From Pseudomonadota bacterium (GTDB lineage Bacteria; Desulfobacterota; Binatia; Binatales; Binataceae), in the NCBI GenBank assembly GCA_021324855.1, contig JAJPIG010000022.1, forward strand, positions 185,777 through 249,776: a stretch of DNA of 64,000 bases, in the 5' to 3' direction. The notes beneath the pieces are model-generated. The model ran no database searches and was not told the origin of the DNA. It worked only from the letters and a program-made list of their open reading frames with translations. The translations under genes and the position numbers were made by a program. Of this stretch, positions 12,395 through 21,590 are shown piece after piece; within the stretch, counting starts at the first letter, position 1; each line of letters starts with the position of its first letter.

Positions 12395-12937
12395 ATGGCA
12401 ACCAGGAAAAAGAGTCTGCGGGCAAAACGGTCGAGCCGGACGAGTAGCGGGATGGCGAAAGCGGCGAAAGAGTTGAAGCAGCTTCGGGCCAGCGTTAAAA
12501 GCCTGAAGACCCAGCTCATGCGGGAGGCGAAGCGTCGCCAGATTGCGGCGAAGCTGACGGCCGCAGCCAAAAAGGCGCGCCAGGCGATCAATCAGCAGGT
12601 CGTGAAGCTCAACGCCGAGGGCAGAAGACTCGCTGGCGAACTTAAAGCCGCATTGGCGAAAGCCAAGCAGCACGAGGGGGCGTGGCGCGGCGCCCAATCG
12701 CAGGTGCGGTCGCTCAGCGCGGAGCTGAAGCGCAAGGAGCAGGAGCTCGCGCGCAAGAATGCGGAGATCGAGCGACTCTCGGGTGAGTTGGCAAAAAAAG
12801 CATCGACAGCGACGGAAGCAGCGGCTCCGGTCGCTTCCGCTGGCCCTGCAGCCGAGGAACCAACGCGGCAAAATCAATTATTCCCTTCAGAAACCTCAGG
12901 CTGGGATCCATCATCGGGAGGTGGCGGCACGGCCTAG
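12395..12937 (+). CDS. Basic coiled-coil protein of unknown function
   Basis: ATG at 12395 with AGGAG six nt upstream. About 180 aa with heptad-like Ala/Lys/Glu/Arg composition (KELKQLRASVKSLKTQLMREAKRRQIAAKL...) and a Gly-rich C-terminus. Confidence 0.5.
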   Translation: MATRKKSLRAKRSSRTSSGMAKAAKELKQLRASVKSLKTQLMREAKRRQIAAKLTAAAKKARQAINQQVVKLNAEGRRLAGELKAALAKAKQHEGAWRGAQSQVRSLSAELKRKEQELARKNAEIERLSGELAKKASTATEAAAPVASAGPAAEEPTRQNQLFPSETSGWDPSSGGGGTA

Positions 12938-13124
12938 ACGCGGCACTCTCGCAGCTTCGTTCGATCGATCGCAAGCGCCGCACGCGAGCGACGTAACTGG
13001 CCGTCCCTCACGTACGGCGCTTGTGCTTACCTGCTTTCGGAAGCAAATAGGGAGGCGATAGGCGCGCGGCCCGCGCCCATCGCCCCTCTCGTTACAGATG
13101 AGCTAGTTCGCAGCGATAAAACTG

Positions 13125-13343
13125 CTACGGCGTTCCCGGACTCGCAGCCGGGCTTGCCGCGGCCGCTGGGCTTGCCTCGGCCGCCGGGCTCGCCGCCGGC
13201 GACGCTGCCTCACTGGCCTCACCGCCCGCAGCCGGACTTGCCTCTGCAGCCGGCGAGGGAGCCTCCCCACCTCCACCGCCACCCTGACAAGCGGCAAACG
13301 CGAACACGAACGACAAAAGACCAAGGATCAGGAATTTGCGCAT
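13125..13343 (-). CDS. Small lipoprotein with an EASPAA-type low-complexity repeat body
   Basis: Signal peptide plus lipobox MRKFLILGLLSFVFAFAAC, then a Gly6 linker and Ala/Pro/Ser/Glu repeats. Confidence 0.5.
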   Translation of the reverse strand: MRKFLILGLLSFVFAFAACQGGGGGGEAPSPAAEASPAAGGEASEAASPAASPAAEASPAAAASPAASPGTP

Positions 13344-13443
13344 GGACTCCTCCTTGTTCCGGCGCTCGCAAAGAAAAGGCGTTCACTTAAAACTAGTTAC
13401 AATGCGCCCATCGTTCAAGCATCAACGTCATAACTCAAGATCT

Positions 13444-13471
13444 CCCAACAATGTTGATAAATATGGCGATT
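13444..13471 (+). promoter_or_regulatory. Sigma-70-like promoter candidate
   Basis: TTGATA (13444-13449), 16-nt spacer, TAGAAT (13466-13471). About 50 nt upstream of the small ORF that precedes ridA. Confidence 0.35.
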
Positions 13472-13521
13472 CCGTTAGAATCCGCTGATCTGTACGCTTG
13501 GGATAGGAAGAGGTGGTGGTG

Positions 13522-13749
13522 ATGGGACGTCCGTTCTTACCGCGGACCGGCGCAAGCGACGCCGCTCACGCGGCCCGTGTGGTGGAACCCGAACTCGATA
13601 TGCATCGCCCGGCACTAAGCAGGCCCAGCGCCATCTTTGACCGGATCAGCGCCCTAGTGCGCTGGATGGTGCCGGGAGCGGTCGCATCAACTGAATTGCC
13701 GATGCGCTCTATCGATCGCGAATTGTGGGAAATCTCGAACGACCGCTGA
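13522..13749 (+). CDS. Hypothetical small protein (75 aa)
   Basis: ATG 13522 preceded by AGGTGG five nt upstream. No recognisable domain. Immediately upstream of ridA. Confidence 0.3.
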   Translation: MGRPFLPRTGASDAAHAARVVEPELDMHRPALSRPSAIFDRISALVRWMVPGAVASTELPMRSIDRELWEISNDR

Positions 13750-13756
13750 AATACCG

Positions 13757-14311
13757 ATGGCAGACGAAACGCGCACCAACCGTGTGATCCGCTACAACAG
13801 CGGGCTTGCCTCCGAGAGCTCGTTCGGTTTTTCGCGCGCGGTCCGCGCCGGCGACTGGATTTTGATCGCGGGATGTACCGGGACCGACGAAAGCGGAACG
13901 ATTGTCGGAATCAATCAGATGTACACGCAGGCGCGCGCTGCGCTCGACAACATCGCTCGGGCGCTCGGCCAAATGGGTGGCTCGATGAGTGACGTGGTGC
14001 GCACCCGCGTTTATGTCACCGATTTGTCGGACCTGCCGTCGATCGCGCGCGCGCATCGTGAGGCCTTCGGCGCAAACCCTCCAGCCTCGACGCTGCTGCA
14101 GATCGGAAGACTCGCGCGCCCCGAGGCGCTGATAGAAATCGACGCCGATGCGTTCGTTCCGGAAGCGCCGCGCGCTGCGGTCGAGCCGCAATCGGGCGAC
14201 CACACGCGCTCGGCGACGCCATCCCGTGCGCCGTCGAAAGCACCGGCGCGCACTCGCGCCGCCCGCGCCAAAGCGCCGGCTCGGACCAGTCGGCCCAAGC
14301 GCGGCCGCTGA
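13757..14311 (+). CDS. ridA: RidA/YjgF family deaminase with a C-terminal basic Ala/Pro/Arg/Lys tail of about 55 aa
   Basis: YjgF/chorismate-mutase-like core (SRAVRAGDWILIAG...RVYVTDL...LLQIGRLARPEALIEIDADAF), then a PSRAPSKAPARTRAARAKAPARTSRPKRGR tail. Confidence 0.75.
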   Translation: MADETRTNRVIRYNSGLASESSFGFSRAVRAGDWILIAGCTGTDESGTIVGINQMYTQARAALDNIARALGQMGGSMSDVVRTRVYVTDLSDLPSIARAHREAFGANPPASTLLQIGRLARPEALIEIDADAFVPEAPRAAVEPQSGDHTRSATPSRAPSKAPARTRAARAKAPARTSRPKRGR

Positions 14312-14336
14312 GGCCTTTCGTTTTCAAAGCTGACGA

Positions 14337-15833
14337 TCAGGGCAGAATCGACGCGGTCCTGGGAAGCGCGGCGCCAAACGCCGAATTGAAGGCGTGTAGC
14401 GCGCCCGTGATGTACGGCTCGGGATAAATTCCGATCAGCACGGTTCCGATCGCGGCCACCGCGAGCGCCGTAATCACCGCGGGCCGCCGTCCGAGCGCGC
14501 CGACAACTGCCTCGCCCTCGCGCATGTACATCGCGACGATCACCGCGATGTAGTAGTAGGCCGAGATCACGCTGTTGATTACCGCGATGACCACCAGCCA
14601 TACCAATCCCGCATTGAGCGCCGCCGAAAAGATGTAGAACTTACCCAGGAACCCTGCGAGCGGCGGCACGCCGGTTAGCGAAAGCAGGAAGAGCGCCATC
14701 GCCGCGGCGAGTCCCGGGTGGCGCACCGCCAATCCGCGATAGTTGGTGATCAGATCGCTTTCGACGCCGCGCCGCTCGAGCGCAATTACCGCAGCGAATG
14801 CGCCAAGATTGGTGAACGCGTAGCCCAGCAGGTAGTAGAGAATCGCGCCGCCTGCCTGCGAGCCCGCGGCAGTCATCCCGACCAGGATGTAGCCCGCGTG
14901 CGCGATCGCCGAGTACGCAAGCATCCGCTTGATGTTGACCTGCACCAAAGCGACCAGGTTTCCGACCGTCATCGTGAAAGCGGCGATCACCCACAGCACG
15001 ATGCTCCAGTCGGGACTTACCGGCCCGAGATGAACCATGAAGATGCGGATGAAGCCGGCGAATGCGCCAAGCTTTACGCCCACCGCCATGAACGCGGTGA
15101 CCGGTGTCGGCGCGCCCTCGTACGCGTCGGGCGTCCACATATGGAAAGGAACCGCGGCGACCTTAAAGCCGAACCCGACCAGCATCAGGCCGATTCCGCT
15201 CAGCAGCAACGGATTGCCGGCCATCGGGTTCGACAGCGCGGCGCGGATCGGTCCGAGCTTGATCGTCCCCGTCGCGCCGTAGACCAGCGCGATCCCATAC
15301 AGCAGGAACGCTGTAGAGAACGCTCCCATCACGAAGTACTTGAGAGCGGCCTCGTTGGATTTGAGACTGCGCCGCAGAAAACCGGCCAGCACGTAAACGC
15401 TAATCGACATCACTTCGAAGCCGATGAAGATCACGATCAGATCCCCGCCCGTCGCCATCAGCATCATGCCGAAGGTCGAAAACAGCAGCAGAGCGTAATA
15501 TTCAGCCGCCGAGAGGCCGAACGCGGGCAGGTAATCAATCGACATCAGGACCACGAGCGCCGCGCTTATCAGGATCACGAGCTCGAAGAACACCGCGAAA
15601 TTGTCAGCCGCGATCGCGCCGGCAAAAGCGATTCCGCTCTGGCCCAGCAGTCCGAGAGCAAACACGAAGGCGAGCGCAATAAGCGCCAGCGTGAGCACAC
15701 CGAGCCCCTGGCTCTCGTCGTCGCGGACGCGCACCCCCGCAAGCAGCACGGCCATCGCAGAGACACCGACGATGATCAGCGGGCAGATCGGCAGCCACGC
15801 GATATCGATCGCGGCAAGGTTGAAGGCCGTCAT
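14337..15833 (-). CDS. nuoN: NADH-quinone oxidoreductase subunit N
   Basis: 498-aa antiporter-like polytopic membrane protein. Last gene of the nuo block, with a 4-nt ATGA overlap with nuoM. Confidence 0.9.
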   Translation of the reverse strand: MTAFNLAAIDIAWLPICPLIIVGVSAMAVLLAGVRVRDDESQGLGVLTLALIALAFVFALGLLGQSGIAFAGAIAADNFAVFFELVILISAALVVLMSIDYLPAFGLSAAEYYALLLFSTFGMMLMATGGDLIVIFIGFEVMSISVYVLAGFLRRSLKSNEAALKYFVMGAFSTAFLLYGIALVYGATGTIKLGPIRAALSNPMAGNPLLLSGIGLMLVGFGFKVAAVPFHMWTPDAYEGAPTPVTAFMAVGVKLGAFAGFIRIFMVHLGPVSPDWSIVLWVIAAFTMTVGNLVALVQVNIKRMLAYSAIAHAGYILVGMTAAGSQAGGAILYYLLGYAFTNLGAFAAVIALERRGVESDLITNYRGLAVRHPGLAAAMALFLLSLTGVPPLAGFLGKFYIFSAALNAGLVWLVVIAVINSVISAYYYIAVIVAMYMREGEAVVGALGRRPAVITALAVAAIGTVLIGIYPEPYITGALHAFNSAFGAALPRTASILP

Positions 15834-17383
15834 CGCTCAGCCGTCCTGCGCGCAGGGTCGAGTGCGGCGACGGCCGCCGGCCGCGGCTTTTCGAGCCGCA
15901 CCTGCGCAGTCTGCACCCGGTCGAGCATCGCGGCGACCGACGGCTCCATCCGGGCAAGCAGCGGTCGCGGATAAAAGCCCATGAAAAGCATCAGCGCGAT
16001 GAGCGGGACCATTACGCCGATCTCACGCCAGGTGAGGTCTGCGAGCGTTTCGTTCACCGCTTTCGTGATCGGACCGAACATCACGCGCTCGTAGGCGTAG
16101 AGCATATAGAGCGCTCCTAGAATGATACCGAGCACGGCGAACACAACGGCCAGAGGAATCTTCAGGTACGCGCCAAGCATGATCAAAAACTCGCCGATGA
16201 ACCCGTTGAGTCCCGGCAATCCGATCGAAGAGAGCATCACGAACATGAAGATCGCGGCGAAGATCGGAATCCGATGCCAAAGGCCGCCGAACTCGGAAAT
16301 CTCGCGCGTGTGCCGCCGCAGGTAGATCATCCCGACCAGCAGGAACAGCGCGCCGGTGGAGAGCCCGTGGTTCAGCATCTGGTAAATCGCGCCTTCGACG
16401 CCCTGCGGATTGAGCGCGAAAATCCCGAGCATTACGAACCCCAGATGACTCACCGATGAATAGGCAACCAGCCGCTTCAAGTCCGGCTGCACCATCGCGA
16501 CCAGCGCGCCGTAGATGATTCCGATCACTGCCAGCGCCATGAACAGCGGTGTCGCCTGCATCGCGATTTCCGGGAACAGCGGAATCGCGAAGCGCACGAA
16601 GCCGTAGGTACCCATCTTCAGCATAACGCCTGCGAGGATCACCGAGCCCGCAGTCGGGGCCTCGGTGTGCGCGTCGGGCAGCCAGGTGTGGATCGGCCAC
16701 ATCGGCACCTTGACCGCAAACGCGATCGCGAAGCCGGCGAACAGCCATTCAGCTTCGCCCGGCGTGAGACGGACCGAGTAGAGGTTCGGCAAATCGAAGC
16801 TGATCGCGCCGCTTTGCAAATGCGCCAGATGGACCAGATACAGGATCGCGACCAGCATCAGGATCGAGCCGAGCATCGTGAACAAGATGAACTTGAACGC
16901 GGCGTAGATTTTGTTGCCGTGGCCCCAGATGCCGATCAGGAAGTACATCGGAATCAGCATCACTTCCCAGAACACGTAGAACATAAAAAGATCGACCGCG
17001 AGCAGCGCGCCCAGGAGCCCGGTCTCGAGCACCAACATGAAAAAGCAGAACTCACGCGGCCGATAGCCGATATCGCCGCCGCCGGAGTAGATGATCGAGA
17101 GCGACATCAGCAGCGTCGTCAGGACCACGAGAAAGAGGCTGATGCCGTCGAGGCCGAGGTGGTACGAGATTCCGAATTGCGGAATCCATGCGTACTGCTC
17201 AACGAATTGATAGCCGGGCTCGTGCGGATCGAAGCGAATCAGCAGATAGATACTGATTGCTAGCGGAATCAGCGAGAAGGCCGCCGCCGCACGCCAGGTC
17301 GAGCTTTCATCGCTCTGGGTCAGCACGAGCAGCGCGCCCAGCAGCGGGAGGAAGGTAAGTCCGGTGAGCCAGTAGGTTTCCAT
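15830..17383 (-). CDS. nuoM: NADH-quinone oxidoreductase subunit M
   Basis: 517 aa, Mrp-antiporter-like, typical NuoM (WLPDAH motif). Confidence 0.9.
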   Translation of the reverse strand: METYWLTGLTFLPLLGALLVLTQSDESSTWRAAAAFSLIPLAISIYLLIRFDPHEPGYQFVEQYAWIPQFGISYHLGLDGISLFLVVLTTLLMSLSIIYSGGGDIGYRPREFCFFMLVLETGLLGALLAVDLFMFYVFWEVMLIPMYFLIGIWGHGNKIYAAFKFILFTMLGSILMLVAILYLVHLAHLQSGAISFDLPNLYSVRLTPGEAEWLFAGFAIAFAVKVPMWPIHTWLPDAHTEAPTAGSVILAGVMLKMGTYGFVRFAIPLFPEIAMQATPLFMALAVIGIIYGALVAMVQPDLKRLVAYSSVSHLGFVMLGIFALNPQGVEGAIYQMLNHGLSTGALFLLVGMIYLRRHTREISEFGGLWHRIPIFAAIFMFVMLSSIGLPGLNGFIGEFLIMLGAYLKIPLAVVFAVLGIILGALYMLYAYERVMFGPITKAVNETLADLTWREIGVMVPLIALMLFMGFYPRPLLARMEPSVAAMLDRVQTAQVRLEKPRPAAVAALDPARRTAER

Positions 17384-19332
17384 CAGCGGATCACCAGGTA
17401 GACATAGTAGGCAGCGATCGCGATCACGCCGAAGAGATAGACCAGCACGTAATGTTGCACGTTGCCGGTCTCGACGCGCCGCACCGCCTCGCCGCTGTTC
17501 TCGACCGTTAGCGCCGAACCGTCGACCACACCGTCAATGCCGCCCTTGTCGACGCGCCGGGCAAGTACCGGCCCCGCGATCCAGAAGAGCGGCCGCGAAA
17601 CGACCAGGTTGTAAAGCTCGTCAATGTAGTACTTGTGCAGCAGCGTGCGATAAAGCGCAGCCAACGCGTCGGAGATCCGTCCCGGAAGCTCGGGCTGGCG
17701 GATGTACAAAAGCCAGGCAAACAGTATCCCCAGCAGTGTGGAGGCGAGCGCGATCAGCGAAATCGCCGCGCCACTCACCTCAATCATGGGATGGTAAGTC
17801 CCGGTCACCGGCGCGAGGAAACGCACGAACGCATCGCCCCAGAGCAGTCCCTTCGGCAAGTTGACCCATCCGCCGACAATCGAAAGCACCGCGAGGATGA
17901 ACAGCGGGATCGTCATCACGGGCGGCGATTCGTGCAGATGCTCGGCGCGATGCGGATCGACCCGCGACGAGCCGTGGAAGGTCATAAAGATCAGCCGGAA
18001 CATATAGAAGCTGGTGAGATCGGCGGTGATCACGCCCAGCAGCCAGAGCTTGAAATGCCCAGAATTGAACGCCGATTCGAGGATCAAATCTTTCGAGAAG
18101 TAGCCCGAGAAGCCCGGAATTGCGCTGATCGCCAGCGTCGCGATGAGCATCGTGGCGTACGTGATCGGCAGCTTGCGCCACAATCCGCCCATCCGGTTCA
18201 TATCCTGCTCGCCATCGAGCGCGTGTATGACCGAACCCGCGCAGAGGAAGAGCAGCGCCTTGAAGAATGCGTGCGTCATTACGTGGAAGATGCCTGAGGC
18301 GAACGCGCCGACGCCGGCGCCGAGGAACATGTAACCGATCTGACTGATAGTCGAGTAGGCAAGCACGCGCTTGATGTCGGGTTGGACGATCGCGATGGTC
18401 GCGGCGAAAAACGACGTCACGCCGGCGACGGTCGCGATGAGTTCCATCGCGGTCGGCGACAGGATGAAGAGAAAGTTCAGCCGCACGACCATGTAGACGC
18501 CCGCCGTGACCATCGTGGCAGCGTGAATCAACGCGCTGACCGGAGTCGGACCAACCATCGCATCAGGCAACCAAACGTAGAGTGGAATCTGGGCCGACTT
18601 GCCGGTCGCGCCAAGGAACAGGAGCAATCCGGCGACGGTCGCAACCGGCACGCCGAACGGAGCCCACACTTCGGCGAGGATGTCGCGATGGGCTCGCATA
18701 TCGGTGAAGGCAAGCGTCCAGGCGCCGTGCGCGCCCAGCACGTAGACCAGCGTCAGGATGCCGAGAATGAAACCGGCATCGCCGATTCGATTAACCACGA
18801 AGGCCTTGCGGCCGTTGTAGGCGAACTCGGGATTCGTGTACCAGAATGCGATCAGCAGGTACGAGCAGAGCCCGACGCCTTCCCATCCGACGAACATCAG
18901 CAGCAGGTTGTCGGCCAGCACCAGGATCAGCATCGAGAGCGTGAACAGGTTCATGTACGCGAAGTAGCGCGCGTAATCCTCGTCGTGCGCCATATAGCCG
19001 GCGGAATAGACATGGATCAGCGCGCCGACGCCGCTGACCACGAGCGTCATCACGGCCGACAGCGCATCCATCCGGAGCGCGAAATCGACATGAAAGCTGC
19101 CGGCCTCGATCCACGGCCAAAGCGTAACCGTGAGCGCCGAGCCCGGGGGCATCGCGAGCAGCGTCGCGAAAGCCCAACATCCGACGCCGAATGCGATGAA
19201 AATCGCGGCGGGACCGGCGAAATTCACCGCGCGCCGGCCGAGCCGCGGTCCGAGGAAGATATTGAAGGCGACCCCCAGTGCGGGAAGCAGCAGGATAAGG
19301 CCGAGAGCTGGAAACGGTGCGGTCATCATCAC
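17383..19332 (-). CDS. nuoL: NADH-quinone oxidoreductase subunit L
   Basis: 649 aa with the long C-terminal amphipathic extension typical of NuoL/ND5 (WLPDAMVGPTPVSALIHAATMV). Confidence 0.9.
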   Translation of the reverse strand: MMMTAPFPALGLILLLPALGVAFNIFLGPRLGRRAVNFAGPAAIFIAFGVGCWAFATLLAMPPGSALTVTLWPWIEAGSFHVDFALRMDALSAVMTLVVSGVGALIHVYSAGYMAHDEDYARYFAYMNLFTLSMLILVLADNLLLMFVGWEGVGLCSYLLIAFWYTNPEFAYNGRKAFVVNRIGDAGFILGILTLVYVLGAHGAWTLAFTDMRAHRDILAEVWAPFGVPVATVAGLLLFLGATGKSAQIPLYVWLPDAMVGPTPVSALIHAATMVTAGVYMVVRLNFLFILSPTAMELIATVAGVTSFFAATIAIVQPDIKRVLAYSTISQIGYMFLGAGVGAFASGIFHVMTHAFFKALLFLCAGSVIHALDGEQDMNRMGGLWRKLPITYATMLIATLAISAIPGFSGYFSKDLILESAFNSGHFKLWLLGVITADLTSFYMFRLIFMTFHGSSRVDPHRAEHLHESPPVMTIPLFILAVLSIVGGWVNLPKGLLWGDAFVRFLAPVTGTYHPMIEVSGAAISLIALASTLLGILFAWLLYIRQPELPGRISDALAALYRTLLHKYYIDELYNLVVSRPLFWIAGPVLARRVDKGGIDGVVDGSALTVENSGEAVRRVETGNVQHYVLVYLFGVIAIAAYYVYLVIR

Positions 19333-19637
19333 CAGCGCATCAGGTTCAGTTCATCGGCATTGACGGTTTCGCGATTGCGGAACGCCGCGATGATAATCGC
19401 GAGGCCGGTCGCCGCTTCGGCCGCCGCCACGGTGATAACGAACAGCACGATCACCTGCCCATCGATCGAGCCGAGCGAGCGGCTCAACGCGATGAACGTC
19501 AGGTTGACCGCGTTCAGCATCAGCTCGATCGCCATCAGCATCACGATCACATTGCGCCGGATGAGCACGCCCGCCGCTCCGATTGCGAACAGCAGCGCGC
19601 CCAGCGCCATGAACCACGATGGCGGTACGCTCATCAT
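19329..19637 (-). CDS. nuoK: NADH-quinone oxidoreductase subunit K
   Basis: 102 aa, 3 TM, MLMAIELMLNAVNLTF is the NuoK/ND4L signature. Confidence 0.9.
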   Translation of the reverse strand: MMSVPPSWFMALGALLFAIGAAGVLIRRNVIVMLMAIELMLNAVNLTFIALSRSLGSIDGQVIVLFVITVAAAEAATGLAIIIAAFRNRETVNADELNLMRW

Positions 19638-20197
19638 TGGCGCGCTCCAATCTGTTCGTGCACGGCGGGCGAAACCGGAACTGGACTTCGCGTCCGCGAC
19701 GCGGTTGCGCGGCGAGCGAGCGCCACTGCCCCGATCACCGCCACCAGCAACAGCAGCGAGGTCGCTTCGAAGGCGATCAGATAATCGGTGAAGAGCGCTT
19801 CAGCAATCGCTCCGATCGAACCGAAGGTCGGCGGCACATGACTCAACCCGGCCGTCGATGGCGCCTTGACCACGAAAACGCACAACTCCGCGACCAGCGC
19901 CGCGGCTCCGACTGCACCGAAGAATCTCAGGCCGATGCTCCCGGCGACACGTCGCTCTTCGGTTTGCAGATTCAGCAGCCAGATGACGAACAGGAACAGG
20001 ACCATGATTGCGCCGACGTAAACGATCGCCTGCAGAAACCCGACCGTCACCGCACCCAGCCCGATGAACATGACAGCGAGGTCGAGCAGCACGACCACCA
20101 GCGCCATCAGGCAATGCACCGGGTTGCGCTGCAGGACGACCCCGAGCGCCGCCAGCACCGCGAGCGCAGCCAGGAAAACGAAAAGCCAGAGCGGCAT
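19634..20197 (-). CDS. nuoJ: NADH-quinone oxidoreductase subunit J
   Basis: 187 aa ND6-like protein. Overlaps nuoH and nuoK by 4 nt each. Confidence 0.85.
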   Translation of the reverse strand: MPLWLFVFLAALAVLAALGVVLQRNPVHCLMALVVVLLDLAVMFIGLGAVTVGFLQAIVYVGAIMVLFLFVIWLLNLQTEERRVAGSIGLRFFGAVGAAALVAELCVFVVKAPSTAGLSHVPPTFGSIGAIAEALFTDYLIAFEATSLLLLVAVIGAVALARRATASRTRSPVPVSPAVHEQIGARQ

Positions 20198-20198
20198 C

Positions 20199-21308
20199 TC
20201 AACTCCCCGCCATCACCACCACGACCGCCGTGACGATCAGGTTCAAAAGCCCGATTGGCACCAGCAGCTTCCATCCGAAGCGCATCAACTGGTCATAACG
20301 AAAGCGCGGCAGTGTCCATCGGATCAGGATCTGAAGCCAGCAGAAAAAAATCGTCTTAATCCAGAACGCCACCACACCGAGCACAACCACCGCCCAATAT
20401 GGAATCGATACCAAAGCGCCGCCCGGCAGATGAAACCCGTCGCGATAGAGCCACGGCACCTGCCATCCGCCGAAGAAAAACGTTGTCACCAGCATCGCAA
20501 CCAGCGCCACCTCGGCGAAATCGGTGAGCATGAAGACCGCCTGCTTGCCGCCGGAATATTCGGTGAAATATCCGGCGACCAGTTCGGATTCGCTTTCCGG
20601 CAAATCGAACGGCACGCGCTTGGACTCGGCCATCCCGGCCGTGAAGAGCAACAGGAACGCGATCGGCTGGAGGATGATGCCCCATCGCGGCAGCCATCCG
20701 AACCATACGCCGCCCTGCTCGCGCACGATGGCCTGCAGGCTGAGCGTGCCGTAAGTCGCGACCACCGCGACGATCGCGAGACCCATCGCGATTTCGTACG
20801 AGATCATCTGCGCGCTCGCGCGGATGCCGCCCAGCAGCGCCCACCGATTGTTCGAGGCCCAGCCGCCGAGCGCGATGCCGTAGACGCCGATACCGATCGA
20901 CGCCAACACGTAGAGCGCCGCGTCATTGAAATCGGCCGCCACCAGGTCGAACGTATGGGCTCCGATCGTAACTGTGTCGCCGATCGGAATCACCGCAAAC
21001 GTCACCAGGACCGGAAACAGAGCCAGGAACGGCGCCAGACCGTGCAGGAAATGATCCGCCCCCGCCGGGACGAAATCCTCCTTGGTGAACATCTTGATCG
21101 GATCGGCGAGCAGCGTGTTCACGATGCCCAGATTGGGCAGGCCGAGACGCGCGCCAACGCCGAGTATCGCGGCGCGATTCGCTCCGATCCGGTCCTGGAT
21201 GAGCGCGCTGCCCTTGCGCTCGAACCACAGCAGAATCGCCGACAGGTTCAGCACCAGCAGCAGCATCACAACCGCCCGGATCGCGGCAATCACCAGATCG
21301 ACGGCCAC
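20199..21308 (-). CDS. nuoH: NADH-quinone oxidoreductase subunit H
   Basis: 369 aa ND1-like protein (GLLQPIAD/YEIAMGL-type motifs: SYEIAMGLAIVAV, FDLPESESELVAGYFTEYSG). Confidence 0.9.
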   Translation of the reverse strand: MAVDLVIAAIRAVVMLLLVLNLSAILLWFERKGSALIQDRIGANRAAILGVGARLGLPNLGIVNTLLADPIKMFTKEDFVPAGADHFLHGLAPFLALFPVLVTFAVIPIGDTVTIGAHTFDLVAADFNDAALYVLASIGIGVYGIALGGWASNNRWALLGGIRASAQMISYEIAMGLAIVAVVATYGTLSLQAIVREQGGVWFGWLPRWGIILQPIAFLLLFTAGMAESKRVPFDLPESESELVAGYFTEYSGGKQAVFMLTDFAEVALVAMLVTTFFFGGWQVPWLYRDGFHLPGGALVSIPYWAVVVLGVVAFWIKTIFFCWLQILIRWTLPRFRYDQLMRFGWKLLVPIGLLNLIVTAVVVVMAGS

Positions 21309-21590
21309 GTCAGACGTTGCCCAAAGACCCAGAGGGCGCAGGTCGGGGTGCGCTCATAACAGGTTCTTCATCACCAAGGCTTGGCACGTTCTCGGAGCTA
21401 ATGACTCGTAACCTAAAACCGGCGCGCGCGCCAGAGTCCGGCTCCGCCGCAGCAACAAAACTTGCGGCCCATTGTCAAGTGGGTTATGGTCGCCGGTCGC
21501 GATCGCCGGGCCCTGTTCCCGGCTGAGCCAGGGAATCATAAACTGTACGCTTAACGTTGGGATTCGATCAGTCCGGACGAACGGAAAATT

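Noticed and set aside
12328-12877. N-terminal 183 codons of the 657-aa permease ORF
   Set aside because: Cys/Arg-rich and non-membrane. Overlaps the divergent coiled-coil gene. The permease fold starts at MGGSAPD (ATG 12327), which has its own upstream context.
13125-13343. Nucleotide-level tandem repeats (GCC-GCC/GGC-rich) checked as possible CRISPR or VNTR
   Set aside because: Short, imperfect and in frame within a lipoprotein gene. They encode EASPAA low-complexity protein sequence, not a CRISPR array.
14718-21359. Several long plus-strand ORFs (14718-15974, 16667-17263, 17635-18297, 18382-19791, 19619-20233, 20064-21359)
   Set aside because: All lie antisense to the nuoN-nuoH genes. Their proteins are Arg/His/Asp-rich and domainless.
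21371-21390. TTGGCACG motif as a possible sigma-54 promoter (checked because rpoN is in the window)
   Set aside because: The downstream spacing does not yield the -12 TTGC element (TGGCACG-ttct-CGGAG), so it is not a credible -24/-12 promoter.
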